Made by a program: the position numbers and the translations under genes. From contig CAWCDG010000004.1 of assembly GCA_963794325.1 (NCBI GenBank), positions 1,152,001 through 1,216,000 on the forward strand: a DNA stretch of 64,000 nt, in the 5' to 3' direction. This DNA comes from an uncultured delta proteobacterium (GTDB taxonomy: Bacteria > Desulfobacterota > Binatia > Binatales > Binataceae). This document shows positions 10,593 to 21,200 of the stretch, one piece after another. Each line of letters opens with the position of its first letter. Positions within the stretch are counted from its first letter, which is position 1. The notes beneath the pieces are model-generated. The model was not told the origin of the DNA. It saw nothing but the letters and a program-made list of their open reading frames with translations, and searched no databases.

Positions 10593-11081
10593 CTATTCGT
10601 TATCGAGATAGAAACGCTCTTCGTCCTTGTTATAGCCGAACAGCTCGGCGTAACGCCCCCAGTTCACCATCGTCTGAAATTGACGCTCGGGCTTTTCCGT
10701 GGGCAGGAGCATCGCGAGGTGCTCGAGCACTATTTCCCTGGAAAGCGACTTATCCTCCTGCCCATGCAGGAGACGGATGAAATAGCTGAAAAGGCTGTGC
10801 TTCTTCAATTGCTCGCGCAACATGAGCTTGCGCTCGTTGATATTTGCTTCGAGAAATTTTTTGCCGAGCGGCTCGAGCACGACGTCGCCGGCCGGCGTCG
10901 ACACGAGGCTCAGAATTTCCCCGGCCTTCATCACCTTGAGCAAATCGCCGAATTTGAAATTGAGATCGCGCGCGATTTTGTAGCCGTCTTCGCGGCCGCC
11001 GCGATCGTCGAGCAGCTCGAGCAGGCCGAAGACCAGCGTCAGCCCGGCATCGGGAAGCGGTGTTATTGAAGGGGCAGCCAT
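10593..11081 (-). CDS. Stand-alone AAA-associated C-terminal domain protein of NitT/TauT ABC ATPases
   Basis: GLLELL..., WGRYAELFGY motif; TGATG overlap with the upstream ATPase. Confidence 0.8.
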   Translation of the reverse strand: MAAPSITPLPDAGLTLVFGLLELLDDRGGREDGYKIARDLNFKFGDLLKVMKAGEILSLVSTPAGDVVLEPLGKKFLEANINERKLMLREQLKKHSLFSYFIRLLHGQEDKSLSREIVLEHLAMLLPTEKPERQFQTMVNWGRYAELFGYNKDEERFYLDNE

Positions 11082-11839
11082 CAGCCTTTTTCCTCGATCA
11101 GCGAAAAGACCTGGTCGGTCAATGCGTTGAACGCTTCGGTGCGGCGGTCGCGCGGCCGCGGCAGCTCAACCTTGAGGTCCCTGACGACGCGTCCCGGGCC
11201 GGCCGCCATCACGATGATCCGATCGGCGAGCTCGATTGCCTCTTCGATGATGTGAGTGACGTGCACGATATTTTTCACCGGCATGTCGGGCGACTGCCAG
11301 ATGTCGAGCAACTCTTCGCGCAGCGTAATCGCGGTCAGGGCGTCGAGCGCGGAGAACGGCTCGTCCATCAGGAGCACCTTGGGCTCGACCGCGAGCGCGC
11401 GCGCGAAACCGACCCGCTGCTTCATCCCGCCCGACAGCTCGCGCGGGTATGCTTCTTCGAAACCGTCGAGGCCGACCTTGTCGATGTAGATACCGGCGCG
11501 CTTTTCGCGCTCTGCCGGCAGCAGTCCCTGCGCTTCGAGGCCAAGCTCGACGTTGGCCTTGACCGAGAGCCACGGCAGCAGCGCGAACGATTGAAACACC
11601 AGCGCGCATTCCAGATTGATCCCATCGACTTGCCGTCCGCGATACAACACCTGTCCCGTAGTCATCGGCACGATGCCGTTGATGATCCGCAGCAGCGTCG
11701 ATTTGCCGCATCCTGAGGGCCCGACGATCGCGACGAACTCGCCCTCCTCGACGTCGAAGCTGATGTCGTTAAGCACCAGCAGCGTGCCCTTGGCATGCGC
11801 GAAACTTTTCGAGATGTTTTTGAGCTCGAGGAGGGCCAT
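11081..11839 (-). CDS. NitT/TauT-type ABC transporter ATP-binding protein
   Basis: GPSGCGKST, LSGGMKQR, LLMDEPFSALD, VTH. Confidence 0.95.
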   Translation of the reverse strand: MALLELKNISKSFAHAKGTLLVLNDISFDVEEGEFVAIVGPSGCGKSTLLRIINGIVPMTTGQVLYRGRQVDGINLECALVFQSFALLPWLSVKANVELGLEAQGLLPAEREKRAGIYIDKVGLDGFEEAYPRELSGGMKQRVGFARALAVEPKVLLMDEPFSALDALTAITLREELLDIWQSPDMPVKNIVHVTHIIEEAIELADRIIVMAAGPGRVVRDLKVELPRPRDRRTEAFNALTDQVFSLIEEKG

Positions 11840-11881
11840 GGGTCAGATGAATCCGAGTCGCACATAGTCAGGCACGTTTCG

Positions 11882-13609
11882 TCAGTAGTCCAGCCGGTAT
11901 CGCTCCGTCGCAAGGTTATACAAGGGCCGCCACATCAGGCGGTTCAACAGTAGCACCACCGCTATCATTGATAAGAGGCTGAGCAGGATCATCACCCCGT
12001 TGCCGGATTTGTAGGTCGCGGCGTCGAGCAGTGATCCGATTCCGAGTACCTGATGGGTCTGCCCGTTGTACACAAAATACTCTGACAGGATTAGCGCGTT
12101 CCATCCTCCGCCCCATCCGGTGATGCTGCCGGTTATCAGCGATGGCGTAACGGCCGGTAGTATCAGTTTGCGCCATCGCGCGATACGCGACAGCCCGAAC
12201 GCTCGCGCCGCTTCCTTCAAATCCTCCGGCACCTGGTTGATTCCCGCGAGCAGGTTGAACAGCAGATACCATTGCATCCCGGTGAGGATGAGCACGATCG
12301 ACGCAATATTCATCCCGCCGGTGAGCTGGATGAAAGCCGCAACGATCACCGGGAACAGCGCCGTCGCGGGCATCGATCCGACAATCTCCGCGATGGGTGA
12401 AAGGATTCGATTGAAGCGCGGATTCTCGCTCGCCGCGAGCGCGCACGGCACCGTCCACGCCAGCGAGATCGCGTACGCGATCGTCATGCGAATCGTCGAG
12501 AGGACGATCGCTTCGGGAATTTGTTTCGCGTCTGACGGCCACGGCTGCGATAGGGTCCTCACCAGCGCGATGAAGCCCCGGGCCAACGCCCATAAGGTGA
12601 AAATCACGATCGTGCTGATGATCAAGGTTCGCACGATTGCGCCCAGGCGCTTGCTTTGTTCGGGTGTGAGCTGCGGACCGCTGGTGAGTACCTCCAACGC
12701 CGTCGCGATGAGCCTGAAGGGGGGCAGCAGGATCGCGCGCAGCCCGCGCGTGACAGCCGGTCCAACCCCGGAAAGCGCGTCGAACATCCCGAGTGATTGG
12801 ACCGCGCCCGACGATGCCGCGAATTCGTACTTGAACTTTTCCGCCCACGTCGACAGCGGCTGCCACACGACCATATCCATCAACACGATTATCGCGAGCA
12901 GGGTGAGCAGGCCCGATGCGAGATCGAAGTTGCGTCCCTTTTCGGACGCCTCCCACAAAAAACTGCCGAGGCCGGGGAGACGATAGCTGGCCGGACCGAC
13001 CGTGATGATTTCGCACGCGATCAGGAAGTACCAGCCCGCGACCCACGACAGGATCGAGTTGTACACCAGTTTCGGCACGCTGGCCGGCAACAGCAGTCGC
13101 TTGAACTTGAGCCATCCGCGCCCGCCGAATGACTCAATCGCGTCCTTCGAATCTTCGGGGATCGTTTTGACCGCCTCGTAAACGCCGAGCGCCATGTTCC
13201 ACGCCTGGCTCGTGAAAATCAGAAAAACTGCGGCCATCTCGACTCCGAGCCGGCTGCCGTGCGCTAGCGCGACGAAGAAATAAACCGCGGCGGGAAAAAA
13301 ACCGACCACCGGCACCGACTGTGCAATATCGATCGCAGGAATCAGGATGCGCTCGTAGAGACCGCCGCGCGCCGCCGCCATGCCATAGACGATCGAAAAA
13401 ATCAGCGCGATGATGTACGCCGCGAGCATCCGGTAGAATGAGCAAAACGCGTAGTATGGAAGTTGCCGGAGCGAAACCGGGACGTTGTGCGGAATCAGAT
13501 GTTCCGCATGGCTGCGATATGCGAAGAATAGCGCGATGATCGCGGCGAGCGCGAGAAAGGAGAGCGTGCCGTTGATCAAACGGCGCGTATTTATTTCGAA
13601 CTTGGGCAT
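11882..13609 (-). CDS. NitT/TauT-type ABC transporter permease (two fused TM domains)
   Basis: Two EAA-like loops (DAIESFG, EAARAFG); FTSQAWNMA and QWYLLFN motifs; probable start ATG 13609. Confidence 0.9.
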   Translation of the reverse strand: MPKFEINTRRLINGTLSFLALAAIIALFFAYRSHAEHLIPHNVPVSLRQLPYYAFCSFYRMLAAYIIALIFSIVYGMAAARGGLYERILIPAIDIAQSVPVVGFFPAAVYFFVALAHGSRLGVEMAAVFLIFTSQAWNMALGVYEAVKTIPEDSKDAIESFGGRGWLKFKRLLLPASVPKLVYNSILSWVAGWYFLIACEIITVGPASYRLPGLGSFLWEASEKGRNFDLASGLLTLLAIIVLMDMVVWQPLSTWAEKFKYEFAASSGAVQSLGMFDALSGVGPAVTRGLRAILLPPFRLIATALEVLTSGPQLTPEQSKRLGAIVRTLIISTIVIFTLWALARGFIALVRTLSQPWPSDAKQIPEAIVLSTIRMTIAYAISLAWTVPCALAASENPRFNRILSPIAEIVGSMPATALFPVIVAAFIQLTGGMNIASIVLILTGMQWYLLFNLLAGINQVPEDLKEAARAFGLSRIARWRKLILPAVTPSLITGSITGWGGGWNALILSEYFVYNGQTHQVLGIGSLLDAATYKSGNGVMILLSLLSMIAVVLLLNRLMWRPLYNLATERYRLDY

Positions 13610-13750
13610 TGTCGCGTGACCCGAATCTTCCAGCATAGCCGCACAGCCGGTTCGCTCAAGGGCAAATTGCATTTCGGATGCGTTAATTTTGCGGGCCGCG
13701 GCGTTGACATCGCGCGGCCGCGGCAATAGCGAGAGCGCAAGAGCGGAAAA

Positions 13751-15412
13751 ATGGCAGGCGTGGAAATTCCAGAAGATCGGTGGCGGCTCGACGACGAACC
13801 CCTCGAGCGCGCCGAGCCTGAGCCTGCGTCAGCGGCGCCGACCGCGGAGATCGCCTTCAACCTGAGCCAGGTACGGTTGACCCGCGCCGTTTACGTCGTA
13901 ACCGCCGAGCATCTCGGATGGTACATCCTCGCCGCGTATGCAATCATCACGCGCACGATCGCTCTGGGAGCGCGTCCGCTCGATCCGGCGCAAGGTACCG
14001 ACGCGCTCACCAGTTTCCTGATCGCGCAGCACGGCCGCGCTGCGTTCGCACTATCCGATGCGTCGTGGGTGACGATTCTCCAAGGCTGGATCTTTGCCGC
14101 GATCGGCGCCTCCGACGCCACCTCGCGAATCGTCGTGACCTTATGCGGTCTGCTGCTAATAGCGATCGGATTTGCGCTGCGTCCAGTCCTTGGGCGGGCG
14201 GGAGCGATCGCCTTTGCCGCATTGATCGCGATTTCGCCGAGCGTGGCCTATTTTTCGCTCGGCGGTTCGACCGCGATCGCATCGCTGACCTTCATGATGC
14301 TCGCGATCGCAATCGCAGAGAGTATGCGCCGGTGGCCGAACCTGCTTCGCGCAGCAGGACTGGGCGTCGCGATCGCGCTGTGGCTGACGGCAGATCCAAT
14401 CGGCTACGTGACTGCCTCGGCGATGATCGTGTCGCTGATTCTCGTCGGCGCAGTCGAGGCGGTGCGAATCGATCACCGGCGCTTGCGCATGCGCGTCTGG
14501 TGGGATCGGCGTCGCGTGGTCGTCATCGTATGCGCGATGGTCGCGATCGGTTTGTGGCTCATCCTGATCACCGCAGGGTTTCACCGGCCCCTCGTGACCT
14601 CGGTCGAATACGAACTGCATGCCGCATTCGCGCCGCCTTTGATTGCCTTTCATCACGCAGTCCACCGGATCATTCCGATTCTCGGGTTCTACGAATTTTT
14701 CGTCGTGGCACTCGCGATCGTCGGCGTATTCGCGATCATCTCGCGGCGTATCGGCGATCGGTTTGCGGCGTGGTCCGTGGTGTGGGCGATTATCAGCGTG
14801 GCACTGTTTTCGTCAGTGAGCGCGAATCAACCTGACGCGGTCGTGGCAATCATTCTGCCGCTGGCTCTCACCGCCGCTTACGCGATCGATTGGATGCATC
14901 GGCTCGAGCGATGGAATTCGATTCGCTACGCGATCGCGGCGGCGGTCGCGCTCACGCTCTACGTTCAAATCACCGCCAACTTTATCTATCCAGCGCCCGA
15001 CACCAGCGAGGCGTCGTGGCGGCGGCATGCGCTGTTGTTCTGGTCGGTCCCCGTTACCTCGATTAGGACCGTCAAGGAATGCGATCGCGCGCGCAATGCG
15101 GCGCCGACCGGCGCGAAAGCCTTCATCCCCGACGATGCGCCCCAGGTGCAATGGTACCTGCGCGATTTCACTCAGACGGATTCGCCCGACGATGCGAACA
15201 TCGTGGTGACGATCGGCGAAACGCAAAGCGGCGCGGTCCCGGGAAATCCGGACCCGCAGTTTGGTTTCGAGGAATGGTGGAATCCTGATTTCACAAAGCT
15301 GACGCCGCTCCGCGCGATCAGATATTTGCTGACCCAGCACGCCTGGAGCGACGTCGAAATTCGCGATCTCGAAATCAACGTAAAACGCCCCGCTCCCGCC
15401 CCGTCTCCTTAA
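13751..15412 (+). CDS. Multi-pass membrane protein, GT-C/PMT-like (TIGR03663-like)
   Basis: LGARPL, SRIVVTLCG, ALIAISPSVAYFS, QWYLRDF motifs; many TM helices. Confidence 0.55.
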   Translation: MAGVEIPEDRWRLDDEPLERAEPEPASAAPTAEIAFNLSQVRLTRAVYVVTAEHLGWYILAAYAIITRTIALGARPLDPAQGTDALTSFLIAQHGRAAFALSDASWVTILQGWIFAAIGASDATSRIVVTLCGLLLIAIGFALRPVLGRAGAIAFAALIAISPSVAYFSLGGSTAIASLTFMMLAIAIAESMRRWPNLLRAAGLGVAIALWLTADPIGYVTASAMIVSLILVGAVEAVRIDHRRLRMRVWWDRRRVVVIVCAMVAIGLWLILITAGFHRPLVTSVEYELHAAFAPPLIAFHHAVHRIIPILGFYEFFVVALAIVGVFAIISRRIGDRFAAWSVVWAIISVALFSSVSANQPDAVVAIILPLALTAAYAIDWMHRLERWNSIRYAIAAAVALTLYVQITANFIYPAPDTSEASWRRHALLFWSVPVTSIRTVKECDRARNAAPTGAKAFIPDDAPQVQWYLRDFTQTDSPDDANIVVTIGETQSGAVPGNPDPQFGFEEWWNPDFTKLTPLRAIRYLLTQHAWSDVEIRDLEINVKRPAPAPSP

Positions 15413-15474
15413 TCCGGGCCCCCTTCCCGCTCGGGAAGTGCCTCTTACCATCCGGTCCCCCTTGCCGCGAGGGC
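15413..15474 (+). repeat. Two partial family B REP-like copies
   Basis: TCCGGGCCCCCTTCCCGCTCGGGAAG and TCCGGTCCCCCTTGCCGCGAGGGC directly after a stop codon. Confidence 0.7.
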
Positions 15475-15621
15475 GCTTGCTCTCTCGCGGTCCGCGCGCG
15501 ACAACGGAGCGCGGCCTTAATACTGAAAAAACCAATTCTTGCGTGCCGACGGGTGCTTTGCGATAAACTGGCCTGACCGCGCCCGCGCGTACCCCGATCC
15601 CGTCCAACTCAAGGAGCATCG

Positions 15622-16293
15622 ATGGATTCTGTCGTCAAATTCCTGGAACCCTACCAACTTCATCCGGTGGTCGATCACTTCACGGTCGCCCTGCTGATTG
15701 TCGCGGTGCTGATCGACCTTGTCGCCAGCGCCACACCCACTCGAATCTGGCTTCGCTACACTGCCCTGTTGCTGATGATCCTCGGCGCGCTCGCGGCCGG
15801 AGGCTCCTATTTCACCGGTGGGATGGAGGGCGACCGCATCTGGAAAGCGCTGGGTGATCCCGCCAAGGAAGTCCTTAAGCGGCATGATGATCTCGGCATG
15901 TATCTCGCGATTACCTTCGGCATCCTCGCCCTGTGGCGAATCATGCTCCAGGCTTTCGGCTTCATGGCCGGTTCGCGTGCCATCTATCTAATCGTGGCCC
16001 TGCTGGCGATTGTGGCGCTGGGTTATCAGGGGTATCTCGGCGGCGTCCTCGTGTACGACTACGGCGCCGGCACCGCCCTGATGGCGTCTGCTCCGGTCCC
16101 GTCGGAAGGTGCTAGCCCCGCTGCGGAGCCAAGTTCAGCGGGACCAATCCCGACGGTGTCCGTGCCGACTCCGGTAGCAACAGCGACCCCGGCGATGACG
16201 ATCGCGCCGCCACCCGCAACCAGCCCGAGCAGCATGGCAACACCGGTTCCAACCATTCAGCCGTCGGCCGCCCCAAGCGCCGCGACCATGTGA
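15622..16293 (+). CDS. DUF2231-like membrane protein with Pro/Thr/Ala tail
   Basis: AAGGAG RBS; LHPVVDHF, conserved His in VLKRH, GYLGGVLVYDYG. Confidence 0.8.
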   Translation: MDSVVKFLEPYQLHPVVDHFTVALLIVAVLIDLVASATPTRIWLRYTALLLMILGALAAGGSYFTGGMEGDRIWKALGDPAKEVLKRHDDLGMYLAITFGILALWRIMLQAFGFMAGSRAIYLIVALLAIVALGYQGYLGGVLVYDYGAGTALMASAPVPSEGASPAAEPSSAGPIPTVSVPTPVATATPAMTIAPPPATSPSSMATPVPTIQPSAAPSAATM

Positions 16294-16381
16294 TTCGACC
16301 GAACAACAATCGTGATCGGCGGAGGTTTGCGCGTGCGCTTTCTTTGCGCGCCGCCCCTTTCCCGAAAAAACAAGGAGAGTT

Positions 16382-17548
16382 ATGACCAATCGTCTCGGTT
16401 TCGGCGTTTTCCTGGCGCCGCATCATCCTATAGGTGAGCACCCCACGCTTCAGTTTCAGCGCGATCTCGAACTCGCCCAATGGCTCGACGATCTTCACTA
16501 CGATGAGTTCTGGGTCGGCGAGCATCATTCCGCCGGATGGGAGACGATTGCCTCGCCGGAAATGTTTCTGGTGGCGGCGGCCGAGCGCACCAAGCGAATC
16601 AGGCTCGGTACCGGCGTCGTCTCGATTCCGTACCATCACCCGTTCAACGTCGCACAGCGCATCGTGATGCTCGATCATCTTAGCCACGGCCGCGCGATGC
16701 TCGGGGTTGGGCCCGGTGCGCTGCCGTCGGACGCGGTCATGCTCGGAATCGATCCGATGACGCAGCGGGACCGGATGGACGAGGGCCTCGGAGTCATCAT
16801 CCGGCTGCTCACCCAGGACGAGCCTTTCACTTACAAGGGATCGTGGTTCGAGCTGAACGACGCCGCGCTACAGATTCGTCCGCTGCAGGAAAAAATTCCG
16901 ATTGCGGTCGCGTCGACAATTTCGCCGTCAGGGATGAAGACCGCGGGAAAATATGGCGCGGGGGTGCTGTCGGTCGCCTCTTACTCTGAAGAGGGGTTGA
17001 TGGCGCTGCCGACGCAATGGAATTTCGGCGAGACCTCGGCGAAGGAATTCGGCAACACCATCGATCGCGCCAACTGGCGAATCGTGATGCCGTTCCATCT
17101 CGCGGAATCGAAAGAGCAGGCAATGCGGGAAGTCGCGGCCGGACTCCAGAAGTGGCAGAACGAGTACATCGTCGGAATTCTTGGCACCCCGAAGCGGCCG
17201 ACTTTCCCCGACGGCTACGAGGCCGCCAGGCGGATGAGTGAATATGGCGGCGCAATCTTCGGCACCCCCGAAGACGCGCTCGATCGTATCGCGCAACTGC
17301 AGAAACTCTCCGGCGGCTTCGGCACCATCCTGAGTTTCGCGCATGACTGGGCAACCCGTCCGCAGATGATGCGCAGCTACGAACTCCTCGCGCGCTACGT
17401 GATGCCGCGATGCCAGGGCCTGATCAAGCCGATAGAAGCATCGGCCGCGCGCGTGACAGCCAACAAGGAAGCGCTGATGGAAAAAGCCGGCGGCGCAATC
17501 CTTAAGGCAATCCGCGACTACAACGCAGTGCACCCGAGACAGAAATAA
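16382..17548 (+). CDS. LLM-class flavin monooxygenase (limonene 1,2-monooxygenase-like)
   Basis: FGVFLAPHH, WVGEHHSAGWE, GVGPGALPSDA, AHDWA, SYELLARYVMP. Confidence 0.88.
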   Translation: MTNRLGFGVFLAPHHPIGEHPTLQFQRDLELAQWLDDLHYDEFWVGEHHSAGWETIASPEMFLVAAAERTKRIRLGTGVVSIPYHHPFNVAQRIVMLDHLSHGRAMLGVGPGALPSDAVMLGIDPMTQRDRMDEGLGVIIRLLTQDEPFTYKGSWFELNDAALQIRPLQEKIPIAVASTISPSGMKTAGKYGAGVLSVASYSEEGLMALPTQWNFGETSAKEFGNTIDRANWRIVMPFHLAESKEQAMREVAAGLQKWQNEYIVGILGTPKRPTFPDGYEAARRMSEYGGAIFGTPEDALDRIAQLQKLSGGFGTILSFAHDWATRPQMMRSYELLARYVMPRCQGLIKPIEASAARVTANKEALMEKAGGAILKAIRDYNAVHPRQK

Positions 17549-17605
17549 TTCTGTCCTCGCTCCCGGCAAGATTCTGCCGCTGCAAAACAAGGAGGAGTCA
17601 GAACA

Positions 17606-17980
17606 ATGGTCAAATTCGATCACATGAACCTCCCAGTCACGAACTACCAGGCCTCGCGCGATTGGTATGTCCGCAACTTTGGCTTCAAGATCGAATTCGA
17701 AGTCCCCGATCGCAAGACCTCCGCAATCCAGGACGATGCCGGCTTCACGATCTTCGTCTATGAGCAAGGCGCGCAACTGTCCGGCGCAAAATGCTCTCTA
17801 ACTCTGCAAGTCGATGACGTAGATTCGAAATACCAGGAGCTGCGATCGAAAGGCGTGCCCTTCACGAATCCACCGGGAAAATATTTCTGGGGCTACGGCG
17901 CCGAACTCAAAGATCCCGACGGCTACCAAATCCTCCTATGGGACGAAGTCTCGATGAAAGAAAAAGGCGGCTCCAACTAG
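17606..17980 (+). CDS. VOC family protein
   Basis: AGGAGG RBS; FDHMNL, WGYGAELKDPDGY. Confidence 0.9.
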   Translation: MVKFDHMNLPVTNYQASRDWYVRNFGFKIEFEVPDRKTSAIQDDAGFTIFVYEQGAQLSGAKCSLTLQVDDVDSKYQELRSKGVPFTNPPGKYFWGYGAELKDPDGYQILLWDEVSMKEKGGSN

Positions 17981-18005
17981 ATTGGCGTGAGTCTCTTGGC
18001 TTAGT

Positions 18006-18153
18006 GCAAGGAAGGAGCCGGGATTCTTCGCTTCGCTCTAGAATGACACTGGAAAAGGAACCTGAGAGCAAAATAGCGTCCTCGCCATTTTGCGATTAAT
18101 ACTGGGTGCAGGGGTCACCCCTGCTGGAACCCACCGTGGGTTCCACATTCAAT
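18006..18153. repeat. Composite palindromic repeat (modules M4-M6-M2-M1)
   Basis: Colinear with 38118-38281; GCAGGGGTCACCCCTGC and TGGAACCC-ACCGT-GGGTTCCA hairpins. Confidence 0.9.
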
Positions 18154-18262
18154 CCGCTGACAGCCGTTGGCTACGCTGTGGAAACAACGCGGCGCGGCTC
18201 TTGAAGCTCTGATCCTCGGAGCACACCATAGATATGTGGCGCGCAAGCCTCGCGCCGCGCCG

Positions 18263-21200
18263 ATGTCAGCCGCTCGTGAAATCATAATCTCGGAACGCGC
18301 CACAGACCGAATCGAGGCCGCACGCGCATGGCTCGAAGCGCAGCCGCCGGCCCGCGAAATCCTCGTGATCGCCTCAGTCAAGGAGGCAGCTGACGACCTG
18401 GTGCGCGCGTTCGCGATGTCGCGCGGCGCGATGCTCGGCATGCATCGCATGACGCTCAACCGTCTCTGTGGATTGCTCGCCGCCGAGGAACTCGCCGACG
18501 CCGGCCTCGCGCCCGCCGACGGACTCGCTGCCGAGGCGGTCGCCGCGCGCGCGGTCTTCCGCCTGGCGCCGACCGGAGCGCTCGCGCATTTCGACTCGGT
18601 GCTGAAGCTTCCCGGCTTTTCACGCGCGTTGGCGCGAACGCTAATCGAGCTACGATGGAACAATATCGCCGCCGTCGATTTGCGAGCGCTTGGCGGCGCG
18701 GGCGAGGCGATCGCGGCAACCCTCGTCCAGTTCGACGCCGAGCTGGCCGACGCCAAACTGATCGATCGCGCCGGGATGCTGAAAGTCGCGACGCGCGCGG
18801 TCCTCGCGAGTGATCCGCCTCGCTTCGTCGGTCTTCCGATCCTGATGCTGGACCCATCGGTGGACAGCGCACTCGACCGCGACTTTATCGCGGCGCTCGC
18901 CGCGTGTTCGCCGTCGATCCTCGCGACGATTCCCGCCGGCGACGCCCCCGTTCAAACGATCCTCGAAGATGCGCTCGGCGTGCGCGCGACTGCCCTATCG
19001 CCGGGTGCGGACGAAAACCTCGCGCCCTCGCTGGGTCGCCTGCAGACCCATCTGTTCTCCGACACCGCGCCGCCCGAGCGCGACGTTGACGAAACCGTGA
19101 CGGTGATTTCCGCGCCGGGCGAGATGCACGAATGCGTCGAGATCGCGCGACGAATCGCCGCGGAAGCGCGGCGCGGCGTGCCATTCGATCGAATCAGTGT
19201 GCTGCTGCACGACCCGATTCGCTACGCGCCGTACCTGCAGGAAGCGCTCGCCCGCGCGGAAATTCCCGCCTACTTCGCGCGCGGCACGCGCCGCCCCGAA
19301 CCGGGAGGCCGTGCGATGCTCGCGCTGCTTTGCTGCGCCGCGGAAGATCTCTCGGCGCGCCGCTTCGGCGAATATCTCTCGCTCGCCCAGGTGCCCGACC
19401 CCGACCGCCCCCGCGACGACCAGCCCGCCCTCAGTCTCGACGCGGAACTCGTCCCCCTCTCACTTGATTCAGATCTCGAAGTCGAAAACCACGCTGCGAA
19501 AGATATTCCCAATGACACTGACGTTTCGGATCCGGTTCCTTTGATCGAGGGAACCGCGCGCGCGCCATGGCGATGGGAGCGACTCATTGTCGATGCGGCC
19601 GTAATTGGCAGCGCACAGAGATGGAAGCGGCGGCTCAATGGCCTCGCAAACGAACTAGTCGCAAAACGCAACGAAATTGTCGACGACGACGCGCACGCGG
19701 CGAGCCTCGAGCGAAGAATTCTCGACCTCGCGCATCTTGGCGAAGTCGCGATGCCGATTCTCTCGATGCTCGAAGCGGCGCCGCGCAATGCGACCTGGGG
19801 CGACTGGCTGAAATTTCTGCGCGACCTGGTTGACCTGGCGATTCGCGATCGAGAGCCGGTGCTTGCCGCGCTCGCGGAGCTCGAGCCGATGGCGCCGGTC
19901 GGTCCGGTCGGACTCGACGAGGTGCGCCTGGTGCTGAACGATCGGCTCGGACGCCTCGAAGCGCCGCGCCGCGTTCGCCGCTACGGCGCGGTGTTCGTCG
20001 CATCGCCGACTGGCGCGCGCGGCATGGAGTTCGACGTCGTAATCGTCCCGGGTCTCGCCGAGCGAATGTTTCCGCGCAAGCTGACCGAGGATCCGATTCT
20101 CTCCGATGCGGCGCGCGTGCGGCTGAGTCCGTATCTCGCGCGCAATGAACGGCGTGTCGGCGCGGAGCGGCTTGCGCTCCGAATCGCGGCGGGCGCGGCT
20201 CGTGAGCGTGCGATGTTTTCCTACCCGCGCGTCGATCTCGACCAGGGTCGTCCGCGCGTGCCGTCGTTCTATGCGCTCGAAGTTCTGCGCGCGGCGGAAG
20301 GCCGCCTGCCCGGCTTCGATGAGCTCGCGAGTCGCGCCTCTTCGCAGCCGACGACGCGGCTCTCGTGGCCGGCGCCGTCCAATCCTGCCGACGCGATCGA
20401 TGACGCCGAGTTCGACCTGGCGGTGCTCGACAAACTGGTGGACGCCGATCCGCAGACGACGACTGGCGCGGCGAACTATCTGCTCGACGCCAACGTTCAT
20501 CTCGGGCGGGCGTTGCGCGCACGGGCGCGGCGATGGCTCCGGCGATGGACGCAGTCGGACGGGCTCGTCGATCCCTACGCGGCGGCGCTGGCGGCCCTGG
20601 GGAAGCATCAGTTGTCCAAGCGTTCGTACTCGCCGACCGCGCTGCAGAATTTCGCGGCGTGCCCCTATCATTTTTTTCTGCAAGCGATCCATCGGCTCGA
20701 GCCGCGCGAGGAGCCCGAGGCGATCGAGACGCTCGATCCGCTCACGCGCGGCGCTCTATTTGCGGAAGTGCAATATGAAATTCTGTCGGCGCTTCGCGAG
20801 CTCGACGTGCTGCCGGTGACGACCGACGACCTCGATGACGCGTCAGGGCTACTCGACGAAAAGCTCGACGAGGTTGCGGCGCAATGGCATGAGAAGCTCG
20901 CTCCCGCGATCGAGCGCGTGTGGCTCGACGGAATCGAAAGTATCCGCGCCGATTTGCGCGAATGGTTGCGCCGCGCGGCCGAGGACGCCGAGCATTGGCG
21001 GCCCGAATGGTTCGAGCTCGGCTTCGGGCTCCACGATCGCACGCAGGCGGACCCGCATAGCTCGTCGGACCCAGTGGCGATCGGGGGCGGGCTCAGTCTC
21101 CGGGGATCGATCGATTTGGTCGAACGAGATCCGAGCGGACGAATTCGCGTCACCGATCACAAAACCGGGAAGGTGCGCGCCGAGAAGAACTTCGTGATTG

